DNA from: an uncultured virus (IMG/VR IMGVR_UViG_3300038461_000154)
Taxonomy: Duplodnaviria; Heunggongvirae; Uroviricota; Caudoviricetes
Direction: 5' to 3' (one strand)
IMG/VR virus record: IMGVR_UViG_3300038461_000154
DNA length: 64,000 nucleotides
Shown: positions 37,005 to 45,698 of the stretch, piece after piece
Numbering within the stretch: position 1 is the first letter of the stretch
How the letters are laid out: every line of letters starts with the position of its first letter
Notes under the pieces: model-generated
Seen by the model: the letters and a program-made list of their open reading frames with translations, nothing else
Told to the model about the DNA's origin: nothing
The model's database searches: none
Position numbers and translations under genes: made by a program

Positions 37005-37250
37005 TTATCCTTTCAATGTTCCTTTTCTGGAAAGGAGAATGTAGTTAGCCGGAACACGCACGGCTTTGTTCCATGCGTTCGTTGCGTCTGCCCAAGCATC
37101 GTCAAAGTAGAATTCTGGCCCGTTTGTTTTGCACTTATGACAATATACCGCTATGGGTTCTCCATTGCCGGGATTGCCTGACAGATTAACATTTTTGCTG
37201 CCACAAAACGGGCAAGGTCTAAGCTTAGGATATGTTTCACTTTTAGCCAC
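37005..37250 (-). CDS. Lar-like restriction alleviation Zn-ribbon protein
   Basis: LRPCPFCG..VYCHKC..AWNK. Confidence 0.7.
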   Translation of the reverse strand: MAKSETYPKLRPCPFCGSKNVNLSGNPGNGEPIAVYCHKCKTNGPEFYFDDAWADATNAWNKAVRVPANYILLSRKGTLKG

Positions 37251-37264
37251 GGGTAAGTCTCCCT

Positions 37265-37522
37265 TTACTCTTGCACTACAGTTGGCTTCATAGCATCCAC
37301 AACGATAGGTGCCAAGGCCATAGCGAACATACCCCAAAGGATATTCCCCCACGCAATCTGATTATTGACAACCAAATCGCCATGAAGAAATGTGACGATT
37401 GGGCCAAGAACAAGACCCAAGACTAGACTTTGGAAGAAAGTATGTAAGCCTAGACTATGGCTATACCACGTGCATTTGCCATAGACGGGACTGTTACATT
37501 TCTGAGGTTTTGCCCAAAGCAT
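37265..37522 (-). CDS. small membrane protein
   Basis: Two hydrophobic segments. Confidence 0.6.
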   Translation of the reverse strand: MLWAKPQKCNSPVYGKCTWYSHSLGLHTFFQSLVLGLVLGPIVTFLHGDLVVNNQIAWGNILWGMFAMALAPIVVDAMKPTVVQE

Positions 37523-37757
37523 TGTTGGTATCCCCTAACGCGGCAAGTGTTTCCTGCCATGAATCAATTCTAAAGCCTCATAGTGTTGTGCATACTTCGG
37601 GTTCAACCTGTCGCGTACTTGCTTCTGCATTTCGGCAAGCTCTTCTTTGCGGAAGATGTCGGTTATCTTGATGATTTTCCGGTTAGCTCTCACGTCTTTT
37701 TCCTCAGTCTCTCACGCATTATATAGAGACATGAGGCAGTATTTGTAGAATTTTTAT

Positions 37758-38057
37758 TTAGCCATACCCCGATATGTCAAGGTGGTCATATGGCTTACAG
37801 ACGAAGTAAACAACCTTAGTCCAAAACTTCTTCCACGGTGTAGCGTTTATCGTTTGTTCTAAAAGATAAGGGCACGCATCAGGCGGTTCATCAACGATTT
37901 TTATATTGCTCTGTTCTGGTGTTTTCGGGCAATCACAGAAGCAATCATATTTCCAACTTCGTTCAAACCATCTTTCAACATGGTCCTTTGGCATATCAGA
38001 ACGATGAATAGCCTTGCTGTCCACATAGCACTTTTTGCAAATTCGTTTTACTAACAT
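37758..38057 (-). CDS. CPYLE family protein, basic/aromatic tail
   Basis: Family motifs. Confidence 0.85.
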   Translation of the reverse strand: MLVKRICKKCYVDSKAIHRSDMPKDHVERWFERSWKYDCFCDCPKTPEQSNIKIVDEPPDACPYLLEQTINATPWKKFWTKVVYFVCKPYDHLDISGYG

Positions 38058-38281
38058 GGGATTCTTTGGCTCACAAGAATATGCTCCAAAAGATAAGGGC
38101 AATTGGAAGGCGGTTCACCTGTGATTGCCCGTCTGCCTTTAGGGCAATCACAAATCCAATCCCTTCTCCAATTCTGTTCAAATACGTATGTTATGTCTTC
38201 GTCAGTAACCCATGCTGCCATGTATTTTCTTTCACCGTCTTTGTGCCGCAAGTAACATTTTTTGCAGACTTCCTTGTTCAT
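38051..38281 (-). CDS. CPYLE family Cys-rich protein
   Basis: Family motifs. Confidence 0.85.
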   Translation of the reverse strand: MNKEVCKKCYLRHKDGERKYMAAWVTDEDITYVFEQNWRRDWICDCPKGRRAITGEPPSNCPYLLEHILVSQRIPC

Positions 38282-38287
38282 GGTTAG

Positions 38288-38653
38288 CTACCAAAATCTG
38301 CCGAATTCAGACGAGTAACCAAATTTGAATCGAGAACCACAAACTACCCTTCGCCAAAGCCGATAGAATACCCACGCTTTATATAAGATGCTATCTTGTT
38401 TTCGGCTCACAGTTTGTTCTAAAAAGTAAGGGCAATCAGAAGGAGGTTCTGACGTAACAAGAAAGTCTTTATTAGAAGGCTCTTGATAAGGACAGCGGCA
38501 TTCAAAATCTTTCCAACGTTCTTCAAAATGGGCATCTAGTTCACTTTCTAATATCGGCATGTGGTATTCTGTATACCCTTTATCACGATGTAGAATAACT
38601 AGCATCTTTTTATATCGGACATAGCACTTCTTACAAACGGCTTTGTTTAACAT
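38288..38653 (-). CDS. CPYLE family protein, basic/aromatic tail
   Basis: Family motifs. Confidence 0.85.
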   Translation of the reverse strand: MLNKAVCKKCYVRYKKMLVILHRDKGYTEYHMPILESELDAHFEERWKDFECRCPYQEPSNKDFLVTSEPPSDCPYFLEQTVSRKQDSILYKAWVFYRLWRRVVCGSRFKFGYSSEFGRFW

Positions 38654-38906
38654 GACGCACCCGTTTCTTGGCAGGCATTATACCGGCAGCAAGTGTATGT
38701 TCAAGGATGAAAGGACAAAAATCAGGCGGGTTTTTGTCTATGTATGTGACAATTTGAGAACGAATTGCGCCGTCTTCTCGTACTCCACAAAAAACGATAC
38801 CCATTGCCCAATAGTATTCAAAGGTTCCCTGACAACCAGTTGGGCAGTTATCCTGTAGAAAACGCATTTCAAGGTGACATTGTTTACAGATGCTTTGAGT
38901 CAACAT
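38631..38906 (-). CDS. CPYLE family Cys-rich protein
   Basis: Family motifs. Confidence 0.85.
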   Translation of the reverse strand: MLTQSICKQCHLEMRFLQDNCPTGCQGTFEYYWAMGIVFCGVREDGAIRSQIVTYIDKNPPDFCPFILEHTLAAGIMPAKKRVRHVKQSRL

Positions 38907-39115
38907 TGCTTTGTTCCCGGCGTGTTGACGATATGTTCTAAAGCGTAAGGGCAATATTTCGGTGGAGGTTTGCTTGTGTCGAAAGCATACGAAAATGGCG
39001 CAGTTAAGCTATCTTTGTCATTGCAAAAAACAAGACCATCAATTTCCCAATGTTCTTCAAACCAAACCTGCCTCATAAAGCGGCATTGTTTGCAGACGCT
39101 TTTAGTTAGCATCAT
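38900..39115 (-). CDS. CPYLE family Cys-rich protein
   Basis: Family motifs. Confidence 0.85.
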   Translation of the reverse strand: MMLTKSVCKQCRFMRQVWFEEHWEIDGLVFCNDKDSLTAPFSYAFDTSKPPPKYCPYALEHIVNTPGTKQC

Positions 39116-39460
39116 TTATCCATCCCTCAAAACCTCTTTGTAAAAGTCTCGGAACATGAAGTAAACACTTCTGCAAGTAAGACGAAAATACACCCACCAT
39201 TTATAAAGAGAGTTTGGCTCACTGACCGTATGTTCTAATACATAAGGGCAAGACTTAGGTATTGGCCATGTGATGAACATTACCAAGCGCATGTAACTGC
39301 CATAGCCATAATCTTCAGCATAAGGGCACCAGAAAGTGTAAGACTCACCCCATTTAACTATCATGGCTTTGTTTTCACGGCTAGGTTCGGGCCGGTCATC
39401 TTTACACGGCTTACTTCTATATTCACAATAGCACCTTTGGCAAACTTTTCTATTTAGCAT
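39116..39460 (-). CDS. CPYLE family protein, basic/aromatic tail
   Basis: Family motifs. Confidence 0.85.
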   Translation of the reverse strand: MLNRKVCQRCYCEYRSKPCKDDRPEPSRENKAMIVKWGESYTFWCPYAEDYGYGSYMRLVMFITWPIPKSCPYVLEHTVSEPNSLYKWWVYFRLTCRSVYFMFRDFYKEVLRDG

Positions 39461-39722
39461 GTTTAGTCTCCTGCCCGTTAAGAAGATGCTCTAAAGCATA
39501 GGGACAGCATTCGGGCGGGTCTTCATCTATGCCAATTTTAGTCGTAAGGAAACTCGTAATGTTCTTCACATCCCCGCCACAGCATTCCACATATTTTTTC
39601 TTCGTCCAATTGTATCCGAATGTTCTTGGCGGTTTGACATTAAATACGGGGAAAATACTCCTTTGTTTTGCATAGACTGTTTTTCTTATAGGACATTTTT
39701 TACAAATGATTTTGGTCAGCAT
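39450..39722 (-). CDS. CPYLE family Cys-rich protein
   Basis: Family motifs. Confidence 0.85.
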   Translation of the reverse strand: MLTKIICKKCPIRKTVYAKQRSIFPVFNVKPPRTFGYNWTKKKYVECCGGDVKNITSFLTTKIGIDEDPPECCPYALEHLLNGQETKHAK

Positions 39723-39958
39723 ATTTCACCACCTTGATTACTCACTGCATGTTCAAGAAGATATGGACAATGCTTCGGCGGTTGTTTTTTGATGTTGAGA
39801 TGTTCGTTTCTTACAGGACAAGCACATTTCGATTTAATGCGCCACAACTCAAGAAACCATGCGATTTGTTCCTTCACTTCATCATCATTAAAGATGTAGT
39901 GCTTGACATTTTTGCAATCGTCCACAAAACACTTGTAGCAAAGCTTTTTGTTTAGCAT
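39716..39958 (-). CDS. CPYLE family Cys-rich protein
   Basis: Family motifs. Confidence 0.85.
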   Translation of the reverse strand: MLNKKLCYKCFVDDCKNVKHYIFNDDEVKEQIAWFLELWRIKSKCACPVRNEHLNIKKQPPKHCPYLLEHAVSNQGGEIC

Positions 39959-39959
39959 G

Positions 39960-40187
39960 TTACATCACCACAGTTCCACTCTTCCGTTTCGAGTAAGGCG
40001 TATTCTCACGCTGCACACGCTCCACTTCGGCTTCAAGATGCACCTTCATCCTGTCAATTGCTGCCAAATATGCTGGCACAGGCTTGACCATTTCAGTGCT
40101 CATAGAATGTACGTCATGCTCATACTTGGCACATTTCAAGCCGTATCGCAAGGCTTCTAGGTAAGCTTCCCGCTCGTTCTTTTTCAT
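39960..40187 (-). CDS. non-family helical protein embedded in array
   Basis: ATGA overlap. Confidence 0.7.
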   Translation of the reverse strand: MKKNEREAYLEALRYGLKCAKYEHDVHSMSTEMVKPVPAYLAAIDRMKVHLEAEVERVQRENTPYSKRKSGTVVM

Positions 40188-40447
40188 TTGTTTAATCTCC
40201 CGCCATTCACCACGTGTTCTAAAGTATACCGGCACCAAGGAGGTACTGTATCATGAATCTCTGATGATTCATTACAATCTTCTTTCCTATCTGGCCTAAC
40301 ATTATAACACAGAACCCATTGACTTTTCCAACGATGCTCAAAACGTTTTATGTCTCCTGCCTTCAAAGCATCTTTGTTGCCCTTTCTATCGTCGTTCAAA
40401 GAGATAGAATGCAAGTAACAACGTAGGCACACGGCTTTAGTCAACAT
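40184..40447 (-). CDS. CPYLE family Cys-rich protein
   Basis: Family motifs. Confidence 0.85.
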   Translation of the reverse strand: MLTKAVCLRCYLHSISLNDDRKGNKDALKAGDIKRFEHRWKSQWVLCYNVRPDRKEDCNESSEIHDTVPPWCRYTLEHVVNGGRLNK

Positions 40448-40659
40448 TGGCTCACGCTTTCTTGACATACTTTGTGCTCTAAGACGTAAGGACAACGTTC
40501 TGGCGAGTCATTGAAAATGGAAGACATTTCCCAATATCTCGCCTTTCCGACAAACAGCATCAAACAATCAACCAAGCCTTCTTGTTCCCACATAAAATCA
40601 AACTCAAAATCTGAACCACCTCTGTAGCGGCATTCTTTGCAAATCGCTTTGTTCAGCAT
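40441..40659 (-). CDS. CPYLE family Cys-rich protein
   Basis: Family motifs. Confidence 0.85.
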   Translation of the reverse strand: MLNKAICKECRYRGGSDFEFDFMWEQEGLVDCLMLFVGKARYWEMSSIFNDSPERCPYVLEHKVCQESVSQC

Positions 40660-40892
40660 GTTGTCACCTTGCCTTCGCTAACAAGGTGCTCTAAAAAGTA
40701 TGGACATTCTTTTTGCAAGTGCCGGTTTGCGTATTCCCAAGTGTCTCTCCAAAATGTAGTATCCAATTCAGGGCACCAAAAATTATGTCGGTTGTGCCAA
40801 TCGTCATTGAATTCATCTTCATGGAAAACGAAATCATTGTTCCTGTAATACCGCTTCTGGCATTTAATACATACCGTATAACTCAAAGTCAT
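40653..40892 (-). CDS. CPYLE family Cys-rich protein
   Basis: Family motifs; close paralog of 40889. Confidence 0.85.
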   Translation of the reverse strand: MTLSYTVCIKCQKRYYRNNDFVFHEDEFNDDWHNRHNFWCPELDTTFWRDTWEYANRHLQKECPYFLEHLVSEGKVTTC

Positions 40893-41116
40893 GACAGCAC
40901 CTCTTGAGCATTCACGATATGCTCTAAAACATAAGGGCATTCCAAGTTCGCGTATTCCCAAGTATCTTTGTGAAACACAGATTCGCCCAATCTCGCACAC
41001 CAAAAATTATTTCGGTTATACCAATCATTATTAAACGCATCTTCGTGAAAAGGGTAATCAACCTCTTTGTGATACCTCTTTTGACAATTGAGACACACTT
41101 CGTAATTCAAAGTCAT
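40889..41116 (-). CDS. CPYLE family Cys-rich protein
   Basis: Family motifs. Confidence 0.85.
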   Translation of the reverse strand: MTLNYEVCLNCQKRYHKEVDYPFHEDAFNNDWYNRNNFWCARLGESVFHKDTWEYANLECPYVLEHIVNAQEVLS

Positions 41117-41313
41117 TGGCTCACGCTTTCTTGGCATACTGCGTGTTCAAGAGCGTATGGACAATGTTTTGGAGGTAGTTCGTTAATAGAAACAACTTCA
41201 AATCCTATGTTCTCAGGATTTTTGTAGCAAACAACCATACCATTATTCTTCCAATAAAGCTCAAAGAACCTATGTCTATATTTACATTCTTTGCATATCG
41301 TCTTGCTCAGCAT
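41113..41313 (-). CDS. CPYLE family Cys-rich protein
   Basis: Family motifs. Confidence 0.85.
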   Translation of the reverse strand: MLSKTICKECKYRHRFFELYWKNNGMVVCYKNPENIGFEVVSINELPPKHCPYALEHAVCQESVSQ

Positions 41314-41519
41314 GTCACCGCTTCCTTTTCATTGACAAGGTGCTCCAAAAAGTAAGGGCAACATTCTGGCGGATTACTATAAATAAAAGTTGCTTCCCAA
41401 TGGCCTTTACCTTCTGTATTTTTGTAACAGAAAAGCCTTCCGCGCCGCCATTGGGTTTCAAACTTGTCAGGATACTTGCCCCTATATTCGCATCGTCTAC
41501 AAATGCTTTTCTTCAACAT
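41307..41519 (-). CDS. CPYLE family Cys-rich protein
   Basis: Family motifs. Confidence 0.85.
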   Translation of the reverse strand: MLKKSICRRCEYRGKYPDKFETQWRRGRLFCYKNTEGKGHWEATFIYSNPPECCPYFLEHLVNEKEAVTC

Positions 41520-41725
41520 GGCATTACCTCTTGAGCATCAACGATATGCTCTAAGGCATAAGGGCAGCACTGTGGAATTTTGCTCGTACCCTTAACTTCC
41601 TCAGTACGGCCCTTCCATTCTCTATTGCTAAAACAAAAAAACCAGCCCGAACGCCATTGGGTTTCAAAGGCTCTTGGGCCTACCATGCGGCACTTACATT
41701 GTTTACATATCTCTTTTTTCAACAT
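41513..41725 (-). CDS. CPYLE family Cys-rich protein
   Basis: Family motifs. Confidence 0.85.
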   Translation of the reverse strand: MLKKEICKQCKCRMVGPRAFETQWRSGWFFCFSNREWKGRTEEVKGTSKIPQCCPYALEHIVDAQEVMPC

Positions 41726-42042
41726 GGTAGCACCCAAGAAATGTTCTGTACCAACTTTTTCCATTTTAACCACCAACGATAACGGCGGTCTGGTTCATAA
41801 AGAGTATGTTCAAGGATGTACGGACATTCGTTTGGTGGTTCTGCCGTTACCTTTATGTAAGCTGATTTGTTATGAAAATTACACGGGCAATGTAGCTTCT
41901 TCCATTTCCGCTCAAAAGAACGCTCACGAAGAAGCTTCCTTCGCTTAGGACTGGCCATTATGAAGCTCAAAGGATAACCATACTTAGTGGTATCTATTGG
42001 CTGTTCAACGCAGCACTTTTTACATATCTCTTTATTCAGCAT
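41719..42042 (-). CDS. CPYLE family protein, basic/aromatic tail
   Basis: Family motifs. Confidence 0.85.
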   Translation of the reverse strand: MLNKEICKKCCVEQPIDTTKYGYPLSFIMASPKRRKLLRERSFERKWKKLHCPCNFHNKSAYIKVTAEPPNECPYILEHTLYEPDRRYRWWLKWKKLVQNISWVLPC

Positions 42043-42211
42043 GACTACCACTCATGGGTTATCCTTCAACCATTTTTCCCGTGACCTCTTCGCTATCTTG
42101 TACCACCAGTCCATCTCTTTTCTAGTGGCAAGAGCTTTTTTAGGAACGCGCTTCTTCTTTTTCATGTCCACTCACCTTTCCCTATCACTATATCGTCACA
42201 AAGTAACTTTT

Positions 42212-42505
42212 TTACTGATACCATTCTTCCCGTCTAGGAATCGGTTCGCCTATCCCATGCGATTCAACAGGCTCAAAAGACGTTTCTGCCGTAACCGTAT
42301 GCTCTAATAAGTATGGACACGTTTTAGGTGGATTTGAGGTAGTCTTAATGAAGATGGACCTGAAATACGGTGTGCCTTCTTTCTGAATACAATAACAAAG
42401 ATGATGAACGTTCCAATAATCGTCAAAGTTCTTTTTACTACGCTGTACATCTTCATCTTTTACAGCGTCTATCCAACACCGCAAGCAAGTCTCATAGTTA
42501 AGCAT
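42212..42505 (-). CDS. CPYLE family Cys-rich protein
   Basis: Family motifs. Confidence 0.85.
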   Translation of the reverse strand: MLNYETCLRCWIDAVKDEDVQRSKKNFDDYWNVHHLCYCIQKEGTPYFRSIFIKTTSNPPKTCPYLLEHTVTAETSFEPVESHGIGEPIPRREEWYQ

Positions 42506-42506
42506 T

Positions 42507-42833
42507 TTACATCGGCGCTCCAACAAAGGGTTCAAAAACAGTATGCCAAACCCACTTCAATGAGTTTTTGATTCTCTGTTTCAATGGTGGTGGTTGTGTC
42601 TCTAAAACATGTTCTAAAGCGTAAGGGCATTCATCCGGCGCGTTTTCGTCAATATGAACGTGAGTTTGACAACGAACGTGTGGGCATTCAACCATATATT
42701 CATACTTCCACGTTATGTCAAGATTATCCAATTCGGCATCTTCACGGCTTTCCCATTCATAACGGTCAAGTCCCGAACATTCTTCACGGCACCATTGTTT
42801 GATGCACTTTTCACACACTGACTTGCTTAGCAT
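42507..42833 (-). CDS. CPYLE family protein, basic/aromatic tail
   Basis: Family motifs. Confidence 0.85.
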   Translation of the reverse strand: MLSKSVCEKCIKQWCREECSGLDRYEWESREDAELDNLDITWKYEYMVECPHVRCQTHVHIDENAPDECPYALEHVLETQPPPLKQRIKNSLKWVWHTVFEPFVGAPM

Positions 42834-43068
42834 TGACAATCTGCTCCAAAAAATAAGGACATTGTTCTGGCGGCTTCTCTTTAAGAAGGGGCTGTCGAAC
42901 CGATGCCACACAACGGCAAACGCCAGCACGCCAATCATTCAAGAATTCGCGTTCCCTTTCCTTGAAAAAGTCATGATGAAAAGCACTATCAATGCTCATA
43001 CCATAGAAGCCATAAAAATGGATTATCCATTTCCTGTGACATTTTGAACAGACTTTTTTGTTAAGCAT
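42811..43068 (-). CDS. CPYLE family Cys-rich protein
   Basis: Family motifs. Confidence 0.85.
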   Translation of the reverse strand: MLNKKVCSKCHRKWIIHFYGFYGMSIDSAFHHDFFKEREREFLNDWRAGVCRCVASVRQPLLKEKPPEQCPYFLEQIVNAKQVSV

Positions 43069-43300
43069 TGACAGTCTGCTCCAAAACATAAGGGCACCTA
43101 GCCGGTATACCACATTCCACGTCCGAATCTATCACTATATCATTATTGTTGAATGCCACACAATGAACCAAGCCCCTGCTCCAATGTCTCTCAAAAGCCC
43201 TCTCAAACCATTTCATATCTTTATCCAATGAGCTTAACCGCGCCATTTCTATTAGCGTTTTTTCACGACAACAATATTTGCAAATCTTCTTGTCTAACAT
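43061..43300 (-). CDS. CPYLE family Cys-rich protein
   Basis: Family motifs. Confidence 0.85.
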   Translation of the reverse strand: MLDKKICKYCCREKTLIEMARLSSLDKDMKWFERAFERHWSRGLVHCVAFNNNDIVIDSDVECGIPARCPYVLEQTVNA

Positions 43301-43509
43301 GACATTGCCCCTTGAGAAACAAGGTGTTCTAAGATATAAGGGCAATCATTCGGCGGGTCATCTTTGATTAGATAAATACGCGAAGGATATCCTGTTCGTG
43401 CAGGGCAATACACATGCCCGTTTTCCCATGAATAATTAAACATGTTCTCTGTTGCCAATGGGCTTCGCAAACTAAAAATACAGCGAGAACAAGCCTTTTT
43501 ATTTAACAT
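43294..43509 (-). CDS. CPYLE family Cys-rich protein
   Basis: Family motifs. Confidence 0.85.
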   Translation of the reverse strand: MLNKKACSRCIFSLRSPLATENMFNYSWENGHVYCPARTGYPSRIYLIKDDPPNDCPYILEHLVSQGAMSC

Positions 43510-43739
43510 GGCTTTTGTTCCTGTAACATGTGCTCAAGAACATAAGGGCACCGTTTCAGAAGTCCAGTGCCAGCCTCTCCGTAAATGTTAACGTCATTGT
43601 TATACGCCTCTGGACATCTCACGGCTCCCTCTTTCCAATTTCTGTCAAATGCTTTAACAAGCCAAAACACCGGCACAGTCTTGTTATTTTCTTTATTCGT
43701 CTTAATGAAGCATCGTTTGCAAATCTTCCTACTTAGCAT
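43503..43739 (-). CDS. CPYLE family Cys-rich protein
   Basis: Family motifs. Confidence 0.85.
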   Translation of the reverse strand: MLSRKICKRCFIKTNKENNKTVPVFWLVKAFDRNWKEGAVRCPEAYNNDVNIYGEAGTGLLKRCPYVLEHMLQEQKPC

Positions 43740-43930
43740 GATGCATTTCCTGCCAATGTCTGTTCCAAAACGTATGGACACTTTTCAGGCGGCTTGCTTT
43801 CTTTAACATCAACCCAATGTCCACAACAATAGACAAAGACTGCATCGGTGTCAACTATAGCATGTGGGCTATTACTTGGCAAACGTTTTAATCTTTTCCA
43901 ACACTGATAGCAAATCTCTTTGTTTAACAT
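43733..43930 (-). CDS. CPYLE family Cys-rich protein
   Basis: Family motifs. Confidence 0.85.
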   Translation of the reverse strand: MLNKEICYQCWKRLKRLPSNSPHAIVDTDAVFVYCCGHWVDVKESKPPEKCPYVLEQTLAGNASC

Positions 43931-44169
43931 GATTGCACCGTATGTTCCAAAAGAAAAGGGCACTCAGCAATCATCTTCTCGTTCCACTCATCAGAATCTG
44001 GATAAAGAATGCCAAAGCTTACCCAAGACTGCTGCCGTTCGCACCACACTCTGCGCTGTCTCCATTCTTGTTCAAATGTACGCTCATATTTTGCCCAACG
44101 ATGAAAGAATGGGTTCAGCTTCTTTCTAGTTCTTCGGCAACACTTCAAACAAATCTCTTTACACAACAT
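43924..44169 (-). CDS. CPYLE family Cys-rich protein
   Basis: Family motifs; promoter motif at 44209. Confidence 0.85.
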   Translation of the reverse strand: MLCKEICLKCCRRTRKKLNPFFHRWAKYERTFEQEWRQRRVWCERQQSWVSFGILYPDSDEWNEKMIAECPFLLEHTVQSC

Positions 44170-44246
44170 GGCACAGACTCCCTTTCCCGACAACACATCC
44201 TAATCAGTGTATCGTAAGAAGTGAACCGTTTTTCAAGAGAAACTTT

Positions 44247-44453
44247 TTAGGTATTGATTAGGTGTTCTAAAAAGTAAGGACAATAATCGGGTGTGTCGTT
44301 GCGAATAAAAGCAACGGCAGTGGGAGTACAATGGACGTAATGATAGTGTTCCCAATTCGTTTTGAAGAACGATTCTTCTGCGTACTTACCGGCGTGAATA
44401 ATGGTTGCGCTTCTGGATGCAATACACTTTCGGCAGACTTCTTTATTGAGCAT
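44247..44453 (-). CDS. CPYLE family Cys-rich protein
   Basis: Family motifs. Confidence 0.85.
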   Translation of the reverse strand: MLNKEVCRKCIASRSATIIHAGKYAEESFFKTNWEHYHYVHCTPTAVAFIRNDTPDYCPYFLEHLINT

Positions 44454-44661
44454 CTAGTGTGTGCTCCAAAATATAAGGACAACTTTCTGGTGGTCGTGCT
44501 TGACTTGCAAACATTGTCCCGCCACAATATAAACATACCCAATAGCTTCTATTCCAACTCACTTTGATTAGCCTCATTTTTTCTTTCACGACTTTCTTAT
44601 CATCGCCAAATATGGAGCGAACATATAGCTCATTGCAATGGTAACAAATTTGTTCATTCAT
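44443..44661 (-). CDS. CPYLE family Cys-rich protein
   Basis: Family motifs. Confidence 0.85.
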   Translation of the reverse strand: MNEQICYHCNELYVRSIFGDDKKVVKEKMRLIKVSWNRSYWVCLYCGGTMFASQARPPESCPYILEHTLDAQ

Positions 44662-44873
44662 TTGGAATCTGCCAATGTCTGTTCTAAAAGGTAAATGCAC
44701 TCATCCGGCACTTCTTCAGTAATGTAAAACGAGCCGCCATGATAATAACAAGTCACCTCACCTTTTATCCACTGCTTTCTGACTTCTGGCATGGACTTTT
44801 TGGTGTAGATTTCGCCAAAAGTATGCATATACCACGCCTCTATGCACTTCAAACAGATTTCTTTATGAAACAT
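44658..44873 (-). CDS. CPYLE family Cys-rich protein
   Basis: Family motifs. Confidence 0.85.
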   Translation of the reverse strand: MFHKEICLKCIEAWYMHTFGEIYTKKSMPEVRKQWIKGEVTCYYHGGSFYITEEVPDECIYLLEQTLADSK

Positions 44874-45078
44874 TTTGAGCCGCCATTAAGTGTTCCAAAA
44901 TATAAAGGCACTCCGGTAACGGGTTTTCGTCTATCGCAATCTTCTTTCTTGATGGTACACAATAGCAGAATCCATTACGCCAGCAAAGCTTGAAATTGTA
45001 GTCTTCCTCAAGCTCTTTGTACAAATCCGAACTACGACGCATACAAACACACTTCTGACAAATATCGTGATTCAACAT
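44863..45078 (-). CDS. CPYLE family Cys-rich protein
   Basis: Family motifs. Confidence 0.85.
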   Translation of the reverse strand: MLNHDICQKCVCMRRSSDLYKELEEDYNFKLCWRNGFCYCVPSRKKIAIDENPLPECLYILEHLMAAQNVS

Positions 45079-45263
45079 TGTGGTTGTCTTTCACTTACTG
45101 CATGTTCCAAAACATACGGACAGTCTATTGGCATTTTATCTATTTTGCGATGATAGTAACAAGGTGTCCTTCCTGTTTTCCATTCCTTTTCAAAATCACC
45201 TTCCGCCCCATATCTTTTATCTATACTGAGTAAACACTTTTTACATACCTTTTTATTAAACAT
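45072..45263 (-). CDS. CPYLE family Cys-rich protein
   Basis: Family motifs. Confidence 0.85.
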   Translation of the reverse strand: MFNKKVCKKCLLSIDKRYGAEGDFEKEWKTGRTPCYYHRKIDKMPIDCPYVLEHAVSERQPQC

Positions 45264-45474
45264 TAGAGTGCCCTTCCAATACGTGTTCTAGCATATACGG
45301 GCAATCCTGTGGTTCTTCATTCTTTGACAAAAATATCAGTTGTGAAGTACCAGTTCTTTTGCATCTAAGCAATCCTTTATTCCAATCGTCAAGAAAAAAT
45401 ACCCGCAAAGTGTCAGGCGGATAACCTTTCCACGATTTGATATAGCACTGTAAACAAATTTTCTTGTTCAACAT
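45256..45474 (-). CDS. CPYLE family Cys-rich protein
   Basis: Family motifs. Confidence 0.85.
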   Translation of the reverse strand: MLNKKICLQCYIKSWKGYPPDTLRVFFLDDWNKGLLRCKRTGTSQLIFLSKNEEPQDCPYMLEHVLEGHSNV

Positions 45475-45698
45475 TGACGCTGCCCTTCTACTACGTGCTC
45501 CAATGTATACGGGCAATTGGTTGGCACAAAACTTTCAACCATAAAATACTCCGTTGCTCCTGTTGCCTTGCAGCGACATATCCCCTTCTCCCAATCTTCA
45601 ACAAAGAACCTCTCCAAAAGCTCTATGTCAAATATTGCAGACGAATAGGCTTTCAAATGCCTTGAATAACACCGCGAGCAAACAGTTTTGTTCAACAT
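45468..45698 (-). CDS. CPYLE family Cys-rich protein
   Basis: Family motifs. Confidence 0.85.
   Translation of the reverse strand: MLNKTVCSRCYSRHLKAYSSAIFDIELLERFFVEDWEKGICRCKATGATEYFMVESFVPTNCPYTLEHVVEGQRQC

Noticed and set aside
11302..45698. CRISPR array or DNA-level tandem repeat
   Set aside because: The recurring unit is about 200-300 bp, the conserved part varies at codon wobble positions, and the variable parts are open frames. No cas genes are present.
11302..45698. Classical integron cassette array
   Set aside because: Genes overlap with no intergenic attC (no RYYYAAC..GTTRRRY), and no integron integrase is in the window.
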